From Candidatus Latescibacterota bacterium (GTDB lineage Bacteria; Latescibacterota; UBA2968; UBA8231), in assembly GCA_965219385.1 (NCBI GenBank), contig CBDCNM010000002.1:4226305-4290304 (forward strand): a stretch of 64,000 nt of DNA, given 5' to 3'. The translations under genes and the position numbers were made by a program. The notes below the pieces were generated by a model. That model saw nothing but the letters and a program-made list of their open reading frames with translations. It ran no database searches and was not told where the DNA came from. Positions 41,101 to 50,558 of this stretch are shown here, piece by piece; positions within the stretch are counted from its first letter, which is position 1; each line of letters opens with the position of its first letter.

Positions 41101-42486
41101 CTATTCCAATCCGTGTTTTTCCAGTTTGTAATAAAGGGCGCTGGTCTTGATGCCCAGGATCTGCGCGGCCCGGGTCTTGATCCGGTTGGCCTGTTCCATG
41201 GCGCGCCCGATCAGCTCCCTTTCGAGGTCGTCCAGCATCTTGTTGAGCGGGATTTCACCCGGGGGCAGATCGTCCGGATCGGCCCTGCGGCCCTGGTCTT
41301 CCTCCAGGACCAGAGGCAGATCGTGCAGCCCGATCTCCTCTCCATCGGAGAGCACGATGGTGCGCTCGATGACGTTTTCGAGTTCGCGCACATTCCCGGG
41401 CCACATGTAGTTTTTGAGCGCCTCCGCGGCTTCGGGCATCAGGCGTTTGGGAGGCAGATTCATCTCCTCGCATTTTTTCCGCAGGAAAAGTTCCACCAGT
41501 TCGGGAATATCGTCCTTGCGCTCCCGCAGAGGTGGCAGGTTCAAGGGGATGACTTCGAGCCGGTAGAACAGATCCTCGCGAAAGGTGCCCTCCTCCACCA
41601 TGTTTTTCAAGGGCCGGTTGGTCGCGGCCACCACCCGCACATCGACTTCGAGGGTCTGTTCGCCGCCGACCCGATCGAATTGTTTTTCCTGCAGCACCCG
41701 CAACAGTTTGGCCTGGGTCTCCAGGGGAATATCCCCGACTTCGTCGAGAAAGATGGTGCCGCCCTCGGCCAGTTCGAACTTTCCTTTCTTCTGCCGCACC
41801 GCTCCGGAGAAGGCGCCTTTTTCGTGTCCGAAGAGTTCGCTCTCGACCAGCTCGTGGGGCAAGGTGCCGCAATTCACCTTGACAAAGGGACCCTCCTTGC
41901 GCCCGCTCTGGTAGTGGAGGGCGCGCGCCACCAGCTCCTTGCCGGTACCGCTCTCGCCGTAGATCAGCACCGACGAATCCGTCCCCGCCACCTTCCGCAC
42001 GGTCACCAGGATGTCCTGGATCTGCACCGACTGACCCACGATTTCGCCGAAGTTGTAACGCCCGCCGATCTCCTCGCGCAAATAGCGGTTTTCCTCGTCC
42101 AGACGCTCCCGCTCCCGCCGCGCCGCGCGGTACTCCAGCACCTTCTCTATCTTCAGACGAATGGCCTCGCGCGGGAGATCCTTGGTAATGAAGTCGACCG
42201 CCCCTTTTTTCATGGCTTCCACGGCAATCTCGATGGTGCCGTGTGCGGTATTGATCATCACGTCGGTATCGGGCTCTTCTTGCTTCACCGCTTCGAGCAC
42301 TTCGAGGCCGTCCATCTCGTCCATGCGGTAGTCGGTGATGACCAGATCAAAGGGGCGCCGCCGCAGTTTGATCAGCCCCTCGGGCCCACTGGTCGCGGCT
42401 ACCCCCTCGTGCCCCATCCTTTCCACCATCAGGGCCAGACCACTGGCAATGGGCTCGTGGTCGTCTACGATCAGGATCTGGCTCAT
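41101..42486 (-). CDS. Sigma54-dependent NtrC/AtoC-family response regulator
   Basis: REC (VDD, ITDYRM), GESGTGKE, ELFGHEKGAFSGA, WPGNVREL, Fis HTH. Confidence 0.95.
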   Translation of the reverse strand: MSQILIVDDHEPIASGLALMVERMGHEGVAATSGPEGLIKLRRRPFDLVITDYRMDEMDGLEVLEAVKQEEPDTDVMINTAHGTIEIAVEAMKKGAVDFITKDLPREAIRLKIEKVLEYRAARRERERLDEENRYLREEIGGRYNFGEIVGQSVQIQDILVTVRKVAGTDSSVLIYGESGTGKELVARALHYQSGRKEGPFVKVNCGTLPHELVESELFGHEKGAFSGAVRQKKGKFELAEGGTIFLDEVGDIPLETQAKLLRVLQEKQFDRVGGEQTLEVDVRVVAATNRPLKNMVEEGTFREDLFYRLEVIPLNLPPLRERKDDIPELVELFLRKKCEEMNLPPKRLMPEAAEALKNYMWPGNVRELENVIERTIVLSDGEEIGLHDLPLVLEEDQGRRADPDDLPPGEIPLNKMLDDLERELIGRAMEQANRIKTRAAQILGIKTSALYYKLEKHGLE

Positions 42487-42487
42487 T

Positions 42488-43984
42488 CTAGCGCAACTCC
42501 TCCACGGGGTGCTCTTGCGCCGGCAGGATCATCTTGAAGGTGGTGCCCTGGCCCTCGTTGCTTTGCAGTTCGACCCTTCCCCGATTTTTTTCCAGGGTTT
42601 GCCGCACGATGGCCAGGCCCAGGCCCGACCCCTTTTCCCTGGTGCTGAAAAACGGCTCGAAAAGCCGTTCCTGCACCTCGCGGCTCATCCCCGGTCCGCT
42701 GTCCTGTACCTCGATCGCGGTCTCGCCGTTCAAACCGGTTCCCCGCACCTGCAACACCCCCCCCCGGTCCATGGCCTGCACCGCGTTCTTCATCAGATTG
42801 AACAGGACCCGTTTGATCTGCTCGGGATCGCCGAAACCCTGCAGATCAGGGGCCACTTCCTGCTGGTAGCAGATCCCGGCCTTTTCCATTTCCGGGGCCA
42901 GTAAAAAGGCCGCGTCCTCGACCATGCGATCCATGGCTACAAGCTCGGGGCTGGGCGGCGCCGGCCGGGCAAAGTCGAGGAATTCGGAGATCACCTGGTG
43001 CAGGGTCCGCACTTCGCCGATGACCTTCTGGATGTGCTGCTTGCGGGCGTCATCGTCGGGCAAATCATCGGCGATGAGCCCGGCATAGATCTCTATGCCC
43101 CCCAGAGGATTGCGGATTTCGTGCGCCACCCCGCCCAGCATCTGCCGCAGCTGCGCATCCCGCTCCAGGAGCTTGCGCCGCATCTCGTCCATGGTCTCGC
43201 CCAGGTAGCCCAGCTCGTCCTGCGCCGGGGTGTCCACCGCCTTTTCCAGGTTGCCGCGCCCGATTTCCCGGGCTGCGGTCACCAGGCGCTGGATGGGCTG
43301 GGTGATGGTGCGGGCCAGCCCCAGCGCCACGATGATGGTCAAAAGGGCGCTGCATCCGGCAAAGACGAAGACCGAGCGCTTGAACACCTGGATGGTGTCC
43401 ATGAAGGCCGCGCCGATATCCACGCCGACCGCGGCCACGACCCGGCCGCCGGCGTAGATCGGAGCGAACCCCGTCATGTAGTCGATCCCGCTCTCCTCGT
43501 CCTTGAACCGCACCGAGTGCGCCGGCCGGCCCTGCCAGACCTGGACCAGTTCGAGGCGATCGCGGATCCTCAGGTTGTGGTATTCGCGACCAATGGGAAT
43601 CCCTTTTTCAGTGTCCAGGAGGCTGCGTCCCCGCTGGTCGAACACGTATATTCTGCGCGCTCCTACCATTTCCTTGGCCCGTTGCAATTGCGCGGTCAAT
43701 CTTTTGTAGAGACCACCGTTTTCAGATCCAGGTTGCAGGTAGCGCAACACATCGCCGTTGGGCTGGGTGCTGACCAGCTGGGCCACGGCGATCAGGCGCT
43801 CGCTCATCTGCCGCTCCAGGCTGAACTCGGTCAACTCGAAGAGCACCCAGCCGCTACCGCCCACCACCACCATGACCAGGAGGACGAAGCTGAGGACCAG
43901 TTTGTGGCCGATTCGCCCTCGGGGTTGCTTGTGTCGCTGTCTATCCTCCAGGTACCTCGGCTCCACGCTTTGCCTGCTTTGCAC
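42488..43984 (-). CDS. HAMP-domain sensor histidine kinase (start uncertain)
   Basis: Two TMs, HAMP, AHEIRNPL, NLMKNA, DSGPG, GSGLGL. Confidence 0.93.
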   Translation of the reverse strand: MQSRQSVEPRYLEDRQRHKQPRGRIGHKLVLSFVLLVMVVVGGSGWVLFELTEFSLERQMSERLIAVAQLVSTQPNGDVLRYLQPGSENGGLYKRLTAQLQRAKEMVGARRIYVFDQRGRSLLDTEKGIPIGREYHNLRIRDRLELVQVWQGRPAHSVRFKDEESGIDYMTGFAPIYAGGRVVAAVGVDIGAAFMDTIQVFKRSVFVFAGCSALLTIIVALGLARTITQPIQRLVTAAREIGRGNLEKAVDTPAQDELGYLGETMDEMRRKLLERDAQLRQMLGGVAHEIRNPLGGIEIYAGLIADDLPDDDARKQHIQKVIGEVRTLHQVISEFLDFARPAPPSPELVAMDRMVEDAAFLLAPEMEKAGICYQQEVAPDLQGFGDPEQIKRVLFNLMKNAVQAMDRGGVLQVRGTGLNGETAIEVQDSGPGMSREVQERLFEPFFSTREKGSGLGLAIVRQTLEKNRGRVELQSNEGQGTTFKMILPAQEHPVEELR

Positions 43985-44041
43985 GGGTGGCCTGTACGTG
44001 GTTAAATGTAGCTGGTGGCCCCCGCGGAAACAAGACCTCTC

Positions 44042-46411
44042 TCACTTCATCAACAAGACCTTGCGGACCTGGTCCTCCTGTTCCACCCGCAGCCGGGCCA
44101 GGTACAACCCGCTGGCCACCAGCGCCCCGTGATGGTTGCTGCCGTCCCATTGCACTTCATGGGATCCGGCCGGCTGCTGGGCCCGCACCAGGGTCGCAAC
44201 CCGCTGCCCGCTCAGGTCGAACACCTCTAATTGTACCGGGCCCGCAGCCGCGATCCAGTAGCGCAAGGTCGTGGAGCTGTTAAAGGGATTGGGATAGTTC
44301 TGCTCCAGGCGCAGGGACTGGGGCCGCGGCACCGATCCCTTGCCCTCGACCCTGGTCTCGACCTCGTTCTCGCCGATGCGGTACTGCTCGCCCCCATGGG
44401 CGATCAGCACGTTTTTCCCCAGGGCCAGATAACGGCCCAGCCGCGGCTGGTTGGCAACCAGGCGGAAATAAGCCTCGGAACCGAACCGATAGTGCCGCGC
44501 CGGGACCTGCTCATCGTAGCCGCTGTCCTCCCAGTACCCGTCCCGCAGGTAAAAGGTCTTGTCGCCGATGTAGCGCACTTCCAGCGAGCGCACCTGGGTG
44601 GTATTCTCGGCCTTGGCATAGGAACGCATTTCCTCGGAAGCGGCCACGGCGTCGACGCCGCTCTTGACCCGGAACAGGGGGTCGTCCGCCAGTGGTTCCG
44701 GCGGCTCGTCTTCCACGATCAGAAACGAGGTGTAAGGCGTGATAATGCCGTAGCGCTTGCTCAGCATCACGACCTCGTCCACCAGCTCCTGGTCCTCCCC
44801 GTGCAGGCGAATCTGGTCGAGCAGGAAACCCACCTTGCGGGTGGCCCACAGCCGCGGCAAAAACTCCGATCCGGGCAAGCTGGTATCCACCGTTCGCACA
44901 AACTCCAGCCGTTCCCCCAGGATCTGGCCGGAGAGCGCTACCCCGACCTCTCCCCGATTGTCCAGACGTCCCAGTTGCACCACCTGCCCGCCGCGAAACA
45001 GGTCCGGCAATGCTTGCGGGTAGTAGTCGCTCGGGCGGGCCCCGGTGAATTCCAGTTCCAGGTCGGCCAGCACCGGACTGCTCACCTTGGTGTAGAACGA
45101 CGACACCGCCATTTCGATGTCCTCCCCCGGTTTGACGTAGGTAGAGGTCCCCCCGTGCTCGCTGGAGATCCGGTCCAGCAGGTGGGTGTTGACCTCGTGG
45201 CCCACCCCGAATACGAAGATCCGCGCCGCGGCCCCATTGGCCCGCAGGACCTCGTCCAGGATCTTTTCGGTATGGGTTTCGCCGATGGTGGGTTTGCCAT
45301 CCGTCAGAAAGACCACCATCTCGGCGCGCTCATCCCCGCGCATCATGCCCAAGGCCCGCACCAGGGCGTCGTTGATGTTGGTCCCCCCCATAGCCTCGAT
45401 CCCCCCCTCGATATAATCGAGGGCCTCCTGCCGCGTGTCCTCACCGAGCTCTACCACCTCGTCGGCAAAGCTGGATACCGTGGTGCTGTAGTCCACGATA
45501 TTGAACTCGTCCCCTTGGTTGAGGTGCTCCACCGCAAACTTGAGGGCTTCCCGGGCCTGGTCCATCTTTTCGCCGGACATACTGCCCGAGCGGTCGAAGA
45601 CCAGGACCATGCGTTTTGGAATGACCTGGTCGGTCGACGGCACGGCCTCGGGCGCGGCCAGGAGCAGGTAGAATCCATCGACCTCTTCCCCGGGAAAGTA
45701 GGTCAACAGGTCGATGCCCACCTCGTCCTGGGACACCGTGTAGTAGAGCACGAAATCCTCTGTAGGGGTCGCGTCCTCGTCGGCGTAGATGACCCGCACC
45801 CGGTTTTCCCCCTGGCGCTCCACGATGATCGGGTGCGAGGGCGAGTAGACCGCCATGATCGGGGCGGATGAGCGGATTTGCACCTGCACCGATACATCTT
45901 CGAGGGGTTCGGCGGAAAACTTCTCGGTGTTCAGGGGGTAGACGTAGCGCACGATCCCGGCATCCTGCTTCAAGACCTCGTCGTAGGCCAGTTCGATCCG
46001 CTTTTCGCCCTTGCCCGGGACCGGGAAGATCCGGGCCCGGTAGGCTCCGCGGCCCACGTACTCCAGCAGGGCCGGATCGATCCGCTGCCGCACGATGTCC
46101 TCGTATATCCGCCGCGCTTCTTCGGCCTCCAGGATCTCGGCGGTGAGGGGCTCTCCGTCCACGTGCATGGAAAAGGCCGAAAAGCTCGCGTCTTCGGGCA
46201 GTGGAAAGATGTAAGTCCCCTCTACGTCCCATTTCTGGGGATTGAGGAATACCTGGTCGATTGCGGTTTGCGCCGCCTGGTCCTCGATCTCCACCTGCAC
46301 CCGGTGGTACTTGATGGACAGGGGTTGGAAGGGGGGCTCGGGAATAATGATGCCGTCGGCACCGAGGAGCGTGGCCGCCGCGATAACAACAGTCAGAGCG
46401 CGCCCAATCAT
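44042..46411 (-). CDS. Secreted VIT + VWA domain protein with C-terminal FlgD/sorting-type domain
   Basis: VIT (EGTYIFPLP, DPALLEY), MIDAS DRSGSM, FLTDG, RLWATRK, LEQNYPNPFN tail. Confidence 0.88.
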   Translation of the reverse strand: MIGRALTVVIAAATLLGADGIIIPEPPFQPLSIKYHRVQVEIEDQAAQTAIDQVFLNPQKWDVEGTYIFPLPEDASFSAFSMHVDGEPLTAEILEAEEARRIYEDIVRQRIDPALLEYVGRGAYRARIFPVPGKGEKRIELAYDEVLKQDAGIVRYVYPLNTEKFSAEPLEDVSVQVQIRSSAPIMAVYSPSHPIIVERQGENRVRVIYADEDATPTEDFVLYYTVSQDEVGIDLLTYFPGEEVDGFYLLLAAPEAVPSTDQVIPKRMVLVFDRSGSMSGEKMDQAREALKFAVEHLNQGDEFNIVDYSTTVSSFADEVVELGEDTRQEALDYIEGGIEAMGGTNINDALVRALGMMRGDERAEMVVFLTDGKPTIGETHTEKILDEVLRANGAAARIFVFGVGHEVNTHLLDRISSEHGGTSTYVKPGEDIEMAVSSFYTKVSSPVLADLELEFTGARPSDYYPQALPDLFRGGQVVQLGRLDNRGEVGVALSGQILGERLEFVRTVDTSLPGSEFLPRLWATRKVGFLLDQIRLHGEDQELVDEVVMLSKRYGIITPYTSFLIVEDEPPEPLADDPLFRVKSGVDAVAASEEMRSYAKAENTTQVRSLEVRYIGDKTFYLRDGYWEDSGYDEQVPARHYRFGSEAYFRLVANQPRLGRYLALGKNVLIAHGGEQYRIGENEVETRVEGKGSVPRPQSLRLEQNYPNPFNSSTTLRYWIAAAGPVQLEVFDLSGQRVATLVRAQQPAGSHEVQWDGSNHHGALVASGLYLARLRVEQEDQVRKVLLMK

Positions 46412-46415
46412 GATT

Positions 46416-47402
46416 TCACCTCCTCTGATGAAGGGCCTTCAACTGAGCCCAGGAAGCGGACTCCACCGAGGTCCCAGTATCGTCTTTGTAGTCGGCGCCG
46501 CCCTCGGCGGCGGCATCCTTGATCGCCTTGGTTATCAGATCGTCCAGGTTGGTCGAACTCGACACCGGTGGTGCGCCCCCACCTTTGCCGACCCCGCCCG
46601 CGGTAGACGCCATCTCGGCGCCGTCCTCGGCCATCCTGACCTCGTCGCCGCGTCCTCCCATCCCGACCGCCGGCAACCCCTCCGGTATCTCCCCACCTTC
46701 TTCCAGGACCCAGACCTCGTCCCCCTTCTTATAGGTCGTGGTCCGTCCCTCGATCACCACGGTCACGTCCTCGCCGTCCTCGTCCACGTACTGGGTTTCA
46801 TAGGCCAGCCACTGGAAACTCCCCTGGGTACCCGCGGCAACCTCCTTGAAGATATCTTCGCCCTTCCGGTCCAGCCCGCTGGCCCCTATGGCGTGGACCA
46901 CAATACCCCTTTCCTGCGCCGCCACAATCTCGTCCTTGTAGTCGAAGTCATCGGCGTAGTCCATGTGCGGGGGGGCATCGGCGATCAGGAAGACCAGCCT
47001 GGATACCTGCCCCTCCGAATCCCAGTTCAAATCCTGCACGGCCACGTGCAGGCCCTCGTTGAAGCTTTCGGGGTAGTCGCCCCCGCCGTTGGCTCTGATC
47101 TGGTCCAGGTTCTCCGCGATCAGGTCGATATCCCGGGTCAATTCGTAGACCCGGGTCACGTACTCATCGCCCCGGTCGCGATAGGCCACGATGCCAAAGC
47201 GCACATCCGGGGTGGGTTCGCCCAGGGCAATCTCCGAGATCATCTCCCGAATCTTTTCTTTTACCGCCTCAATCTCGTCTCCCATGCTCCCGGTCGCATC
47301 CAGGAGAAACGCCACGTCCACCCGCGGCCCTTCCCGGGCCGGGGCGAGGACCGCACTGGACAGCATCAATATGGATGCGAAAAACAGTATCCACTGCTTC
47401 AT
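46416..47402 (-). CDS. Exported VWA-domain protein
   Basis: Signal peptide, LDATGSM, VAYRD, GGGDYPE, IADAPPH. Confidence 0.88.
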   Translation of the reverse strand: MKQWILFFASILMLSSAVLAPAREGPRVDVAFLLDATGSMGDEIEAVKEKIREMISEIALGEPTPDVRFGIVAYRDRGDEYVTRVYELTRDIDLIAENLDQIRANGGGDYPESFNEGLHVAVQDLNWDSEGQVSRLVFLIADAPPHMDYADDFDYKDEIVAAQERGIVVHAIGASGLDRKGEDIFKEVAAGTQGSFQWLAYETQYVDEDGEDVTVVIEGRTTTYKKGDEVWVLEEGGEIPEGLPAVGMGGRGDEVRMAEDGAEMASTAGGVGKGGGAPPVSSSTNLDDLITKAIKDAAAEGGADYKDDTGTSVESASWAQLKALHQRR

Positions 47403-47461
47403 GGATCACCTCCTGCGGGTCAAAGGGTTTGGCCATGGCTTCTCCTTTTCTATATTTGGTG

Positions 47462-47477
47462 AGCAATAGCTATGCCA
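47462..47477 (-). promoter_or_regulatory. Sigma54 (-24/-12) promoter
   Basis: Minus strand TGGCAT-AGCTA-TTGCT, 60 nt upstream of the VWA ATG. Confidence 0.8.
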
Positions 47478-47553
47478 GGGGTTCTGAGCAAATTTGATAA
47501 TATAATATATCTTTAATTTAAACAACATTTTATAGCTCATTTACAGAAGGATT

Positions 47554-47612
47554 TCAAGATCCTGATGGCCTCCTTTTTTCAGATTCCTGAGGCTTTGGCA
47601 TCAGTTTTTTGA
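47554..47612. promoter_or_regulatory. Three TCA-N6-TGA palindromes, candidate enhancer (UAS) sites
   Basis: TCAAGATCCTGA 47554-47565, TCAGATTCCTGA 47579-47590, TCAGTTTTTTGA 47601-47612. Confidence 0.55.
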
Positions 47613-47810
47613 GAGCGGGAAAGGTGGTCGAATACGTGAACTCCATGGGCATTGACGTCTACCTCGGCTCTCAGTGGCACACTGTCAGACGCTTGGGCCA
47701 CCGGGAGGATCTGGAACGGATGGCGCGGCAACCAGAGGATTACAACCTGCACCCGCTCAAGCGTCTCTACGACTGGAACCCCGAACTCCGGTATGGCTGA
47801 ATAGGGGCCC

Positions 47811-49625
47811 TCACTCTTCCAGGCCCATCACCTGGCGTCCCCTGCGCGTCAACCGCGCCGCGGTCCAGGCCGGCTCCCAGGTGAAATCCACCACGACCTG
47901 GCGCACCCCCTCCACTTCGAGCAGCCGCTGGCGCACGGGGCGGGCCAGATACCCGTATTGGGGACGTCCCCGGTGTGGCATGGTCATCAACACCTGGACC
48001 CGGTCTCCCAGCATCCGCAAATCGTAGATATAACCCATGTCCACTACATTGGCGTCCACCGTGTAGAACTGCCCGTCCTTCACCTGGCGCAGGGCCGCCC
48101 ACAGGGCCGGCTTGAGCGGCGCGGTTTCCCGCGTTTCCCCGGGCCGGGCCAGCCCCGGGCCCGGCCCGGCGTCAATGCCCTCGGGCAGGACGCCGGGCCC
48201 GACCTGGAGGGGCTGTAACAGCCTTTTTCTCGTCTCCTCCACCTGCGCCGTTCCCTCGTACGGCATCACCAGGTACGCGTTCCTCTGTTTGAGTACGGCC
48301 CCAGCCTTAAAATGCGGGCCAGCGCGCGCGGGCCAGCGGCTCCATATCTGGCCGTCTCCAAAGTAATTCAAATCCGGGGCGCCACTGTGGTAGAGAGCAT
48401 CGAAGTTCTCGGCGCTGTGCTCCAGAAACAGCGCGATGAAGGCGTCCCGGGTGCGCTGGTGGAAAAAACCCACGCCCCACAGATCGTCGCCGTGCCCCTC
48501 CGCAACCGCTCCTTCGTGCAGCGCCCCATCCCGGTCCATCCACACCGAGTCCGTGAACGGCGCCTGGGAGAACACCCACTCGTCGTCCCGCAGGTAGGTA
48601 ATCTCCAGGTCCTTGACCGCCTCTATGCGGCCTGTCTTGAAAAAGTAGGGCAGGCCCGCGTAAAAGGTGTACTTCACGTCCATGTGCATGCGACTCGGCG
48701 CGAACAGCGGCTGCGCTGGACTGTGCGGGAACCCCCAGCGCCGCACCTGCACGCACAGCGGCCCTTTGACGGCCTCGTAATTGGGACACGCCGCCCAGTT
48801 GGTCACCCGGAATTTTTGAAAGTTATTCGACGCCACATAATCGTGGGCCCAGTCGATGTGCGGCGGCTCGCCGTGAGCATCGCCGGCGGCGAACAGCTCC
48901 AGCCCGCGCTCCCCCGCATAGGTCAGGCGCTCCAGCTGGCCGGTCTGGCGCGAGAGCCGGACCCTGTAGTGGTGGTTCTGGATGTCCAGTCCATAGCCCT
49001 CGCCGCTCACCTGCAGATCCGTGCTGTAGGCGGGCAACTCGGCGAAGGGGTTTCCGTACAGGACCAGGTACCAGCTCCGACCGCGCGCGGGCACATCGGC
49101 CAGAAATACCAGGCGGGCATGCCGCACTCCGTCCGCATAGCTTTCAGCGTAGAGCTGGCAAACCACTTCGCGCAGGGTGCCCTGCGCTTGGTCCAGCCGT
49201 GCCACCCGCACCTCGCGCGGCAAATCCCCTACCTGATCCTGGCGGAAACCTACCCCCACATCGACAGGTTCCCGCACCCGGTCGAGCCCCCCGGTCTCGC
49301 GCAGTTCGAGCACCTTGTAGAACGCCCAGCCGCGGGCCCACCGGGCCCAGGCCGCGGGCAATGCATCCACCCTGGCGAAGGTCTCTTCGCCCACCGTCTG
49401 TCCTTGCTTTGCGCCCTGCATGTACCTTTCAAAACTCAGGGTCTCTCTGAGAGACGCTGCCAGGGACAGGGCCAGGTCGCGATCTCCCTTCTCGTACGCC
49501 GATTGCAGCAAGCGCAGTTTTTCCTCGACACTATCCGTCCGTTGCTCGTAGAGAGTCTCCGACGCTCCCCGGACCGACCCTGTCCAGAAAACCGCCAGGC
49601 ACAATCCCGTCATCCAGAAGTTCAT
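47811..49625 (-). CDS. Exported hypothetical protein with C-terminal DUF59/MIP18-like domain
   Basis: Signal peptide; NVVDMGYIYDLR...VLMTMP...VVDFTWEPAWT. Confidence 0.7.
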   Translation of the reverse strand: MNFWMTGLCLAVFWTGSVRGASETLYEQRTDSVEEKLRLLQSAYEKGDRDLALSLAASLRETLSFERYMQGAKQGQTVGEETFARVDALPAAWARWARGWAFYKVLELRETGGLDRVREPVDVGVGFRQDQVGDLPREVRVARLDQAQGTLREVVCQLYAESYADGVRHARLVFLADVPARGRSWYLVLYGNPFAELPAYSTDLQVSGEGYGLDIQNHHYRVRLSRQTGQLERLTYAGERGLELFAAGDAHGEPPHIDWAHDYVASNNFQKFRVTNWAACPNYEAVKGPLCVQVRRWGFPHSPAQPLFAPSRMHMDVKYTFYAGLPYFFKTGRIEAVKDLEITYLRDDEWVFSQAPFTDSVWMDRDGALHEGAVAEGHGDDLWGVGFFHQRTRDAFIALFLEHSAENFDALYHSGAPDLNYFGDGQIWSRWPARAGPHFKAGAVLKQRNAYLVMPYEGTAQVEETRKRLLQPLQVGPGVLPEGIDAGPGPGLARPGETRETAPLKPALWAALRQVKDGQFYTVDANVVDMGYIYDLRMLGDRVQVLMTMPHRGRPQYGYLARPVRQRLLEVEGVRQVVVDFTWEPAWTAARLTRRGRQVMGLEE

Positions 49626-49672
49626 GTCAGCGCCTTTCGTTTAAACAAACCCGATTGTGAAATCAAAATTTC

Positions 49673-50401
49673 CTAGGTGTCGAAAAAGCTCTCATCCCAG
49701 TACTCGGGCCAGACGCTCTCGCCCGGATACTCCCCCTCAGGATGCCAGATGTCCAGCGGCTGGATGGTGAGCCGGCGGTCGTTGGGCCGGTCCAGCTCTG
49801 CGGGTAGTGGCGAGATGCGGCCGGGCGCGCCGGCCACAAAGCTGCGCGGCGGCACATCCTTGGTCACCACGGCGCCGGCGGCGATGAAGCTCCTCTCGCC
49901 AATGGTGACGCGTGGTAAGATGGTGGTCCCTCCACCGATCATCACATCGTCCTCGATGGTGGCGCCCTGCGCCGTGTCCGTATCGCTGCGGCCCGGGTAT
50001 TTTCCATTGAGGAAGGTCGCTCCCGGGCCGACGAATACGTGGTCCCCGAACCAGGTGCGCGACGGCACGTACACATGCGACATGAGGCGCACTCCGTCCC
50101 CCATGCGGACAATGCCTTCGAGGGTGGTATGATTCAACAAGGTGCAATAATCCCCCATCCTCACCTGGGCGCGGACCACGACATAATATCCGGACTGGAA
50201 GTGATCGCCGATCCTCACATCCCCGTAGATGAGGGTGCCCTTGCGCAGGATGCAGTGCTTGCCGATACGGGCCGCTCCGCACCTGGGATGGAAGCGGAAG
50301 CCGATCCTTACATCCGGCTCGATGAGCGCCCCTGCGCCGATGGTGGCGTTTTCGTACTGGTCAGTGTCCGCCGTGGCTTCGATGTGGTCTGTTGTGTCCA
50401 T
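49673..50401 (-). CDS. Hexapeptide-repeat (LbH) acyltransferase
   Basis: IEDDVMIGGGTTILPRVTIGERSFIAAGAVVTKDVP...AGAPG. Confidence 0.88.
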   Translation of the reverse strand: MDTTDHIEATADTDQYENATIGAGALIEPDVRIGFRFHPRCGAARIGKHCILRKGTLIYGDVRIGDHFQSGYYVVVRAQVRMGDYCTLLNHTTLEGIVRMGDGVRLMSHVYVPSRTWFGDHVFVGPGATFLNGKYPGRSDTDTAQGATIEDDVMIGGGTTILPRVTIGERSFIAAGAVVTKDVPPRSFVAGAPGRISPLPAELDRPNDRRLTIQPLDIWHPEGEYPGESVWPEYWDESFFDT

Positions 50402-50558
50402 TTCTTCCTCCTTGCAAGCAAGTATTCGCCCTGTCCACGTACGACAATTTTCCTTTGCTTCACGATATATTTCGCTGTAACTTTACCTCCTGTTCCGCAA
50501 AGCACATGCGTTATAGTATAGTTCTCATCCGCAGCCTCTGACAACGGGGAATTCATCC

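Noticed and set aside
47609..47800. 63-aa ORF in the sigma54 upstream region
   Set aside because: No RBS or recognisable motif; possibly a 3' gene remnant but cannot be supported
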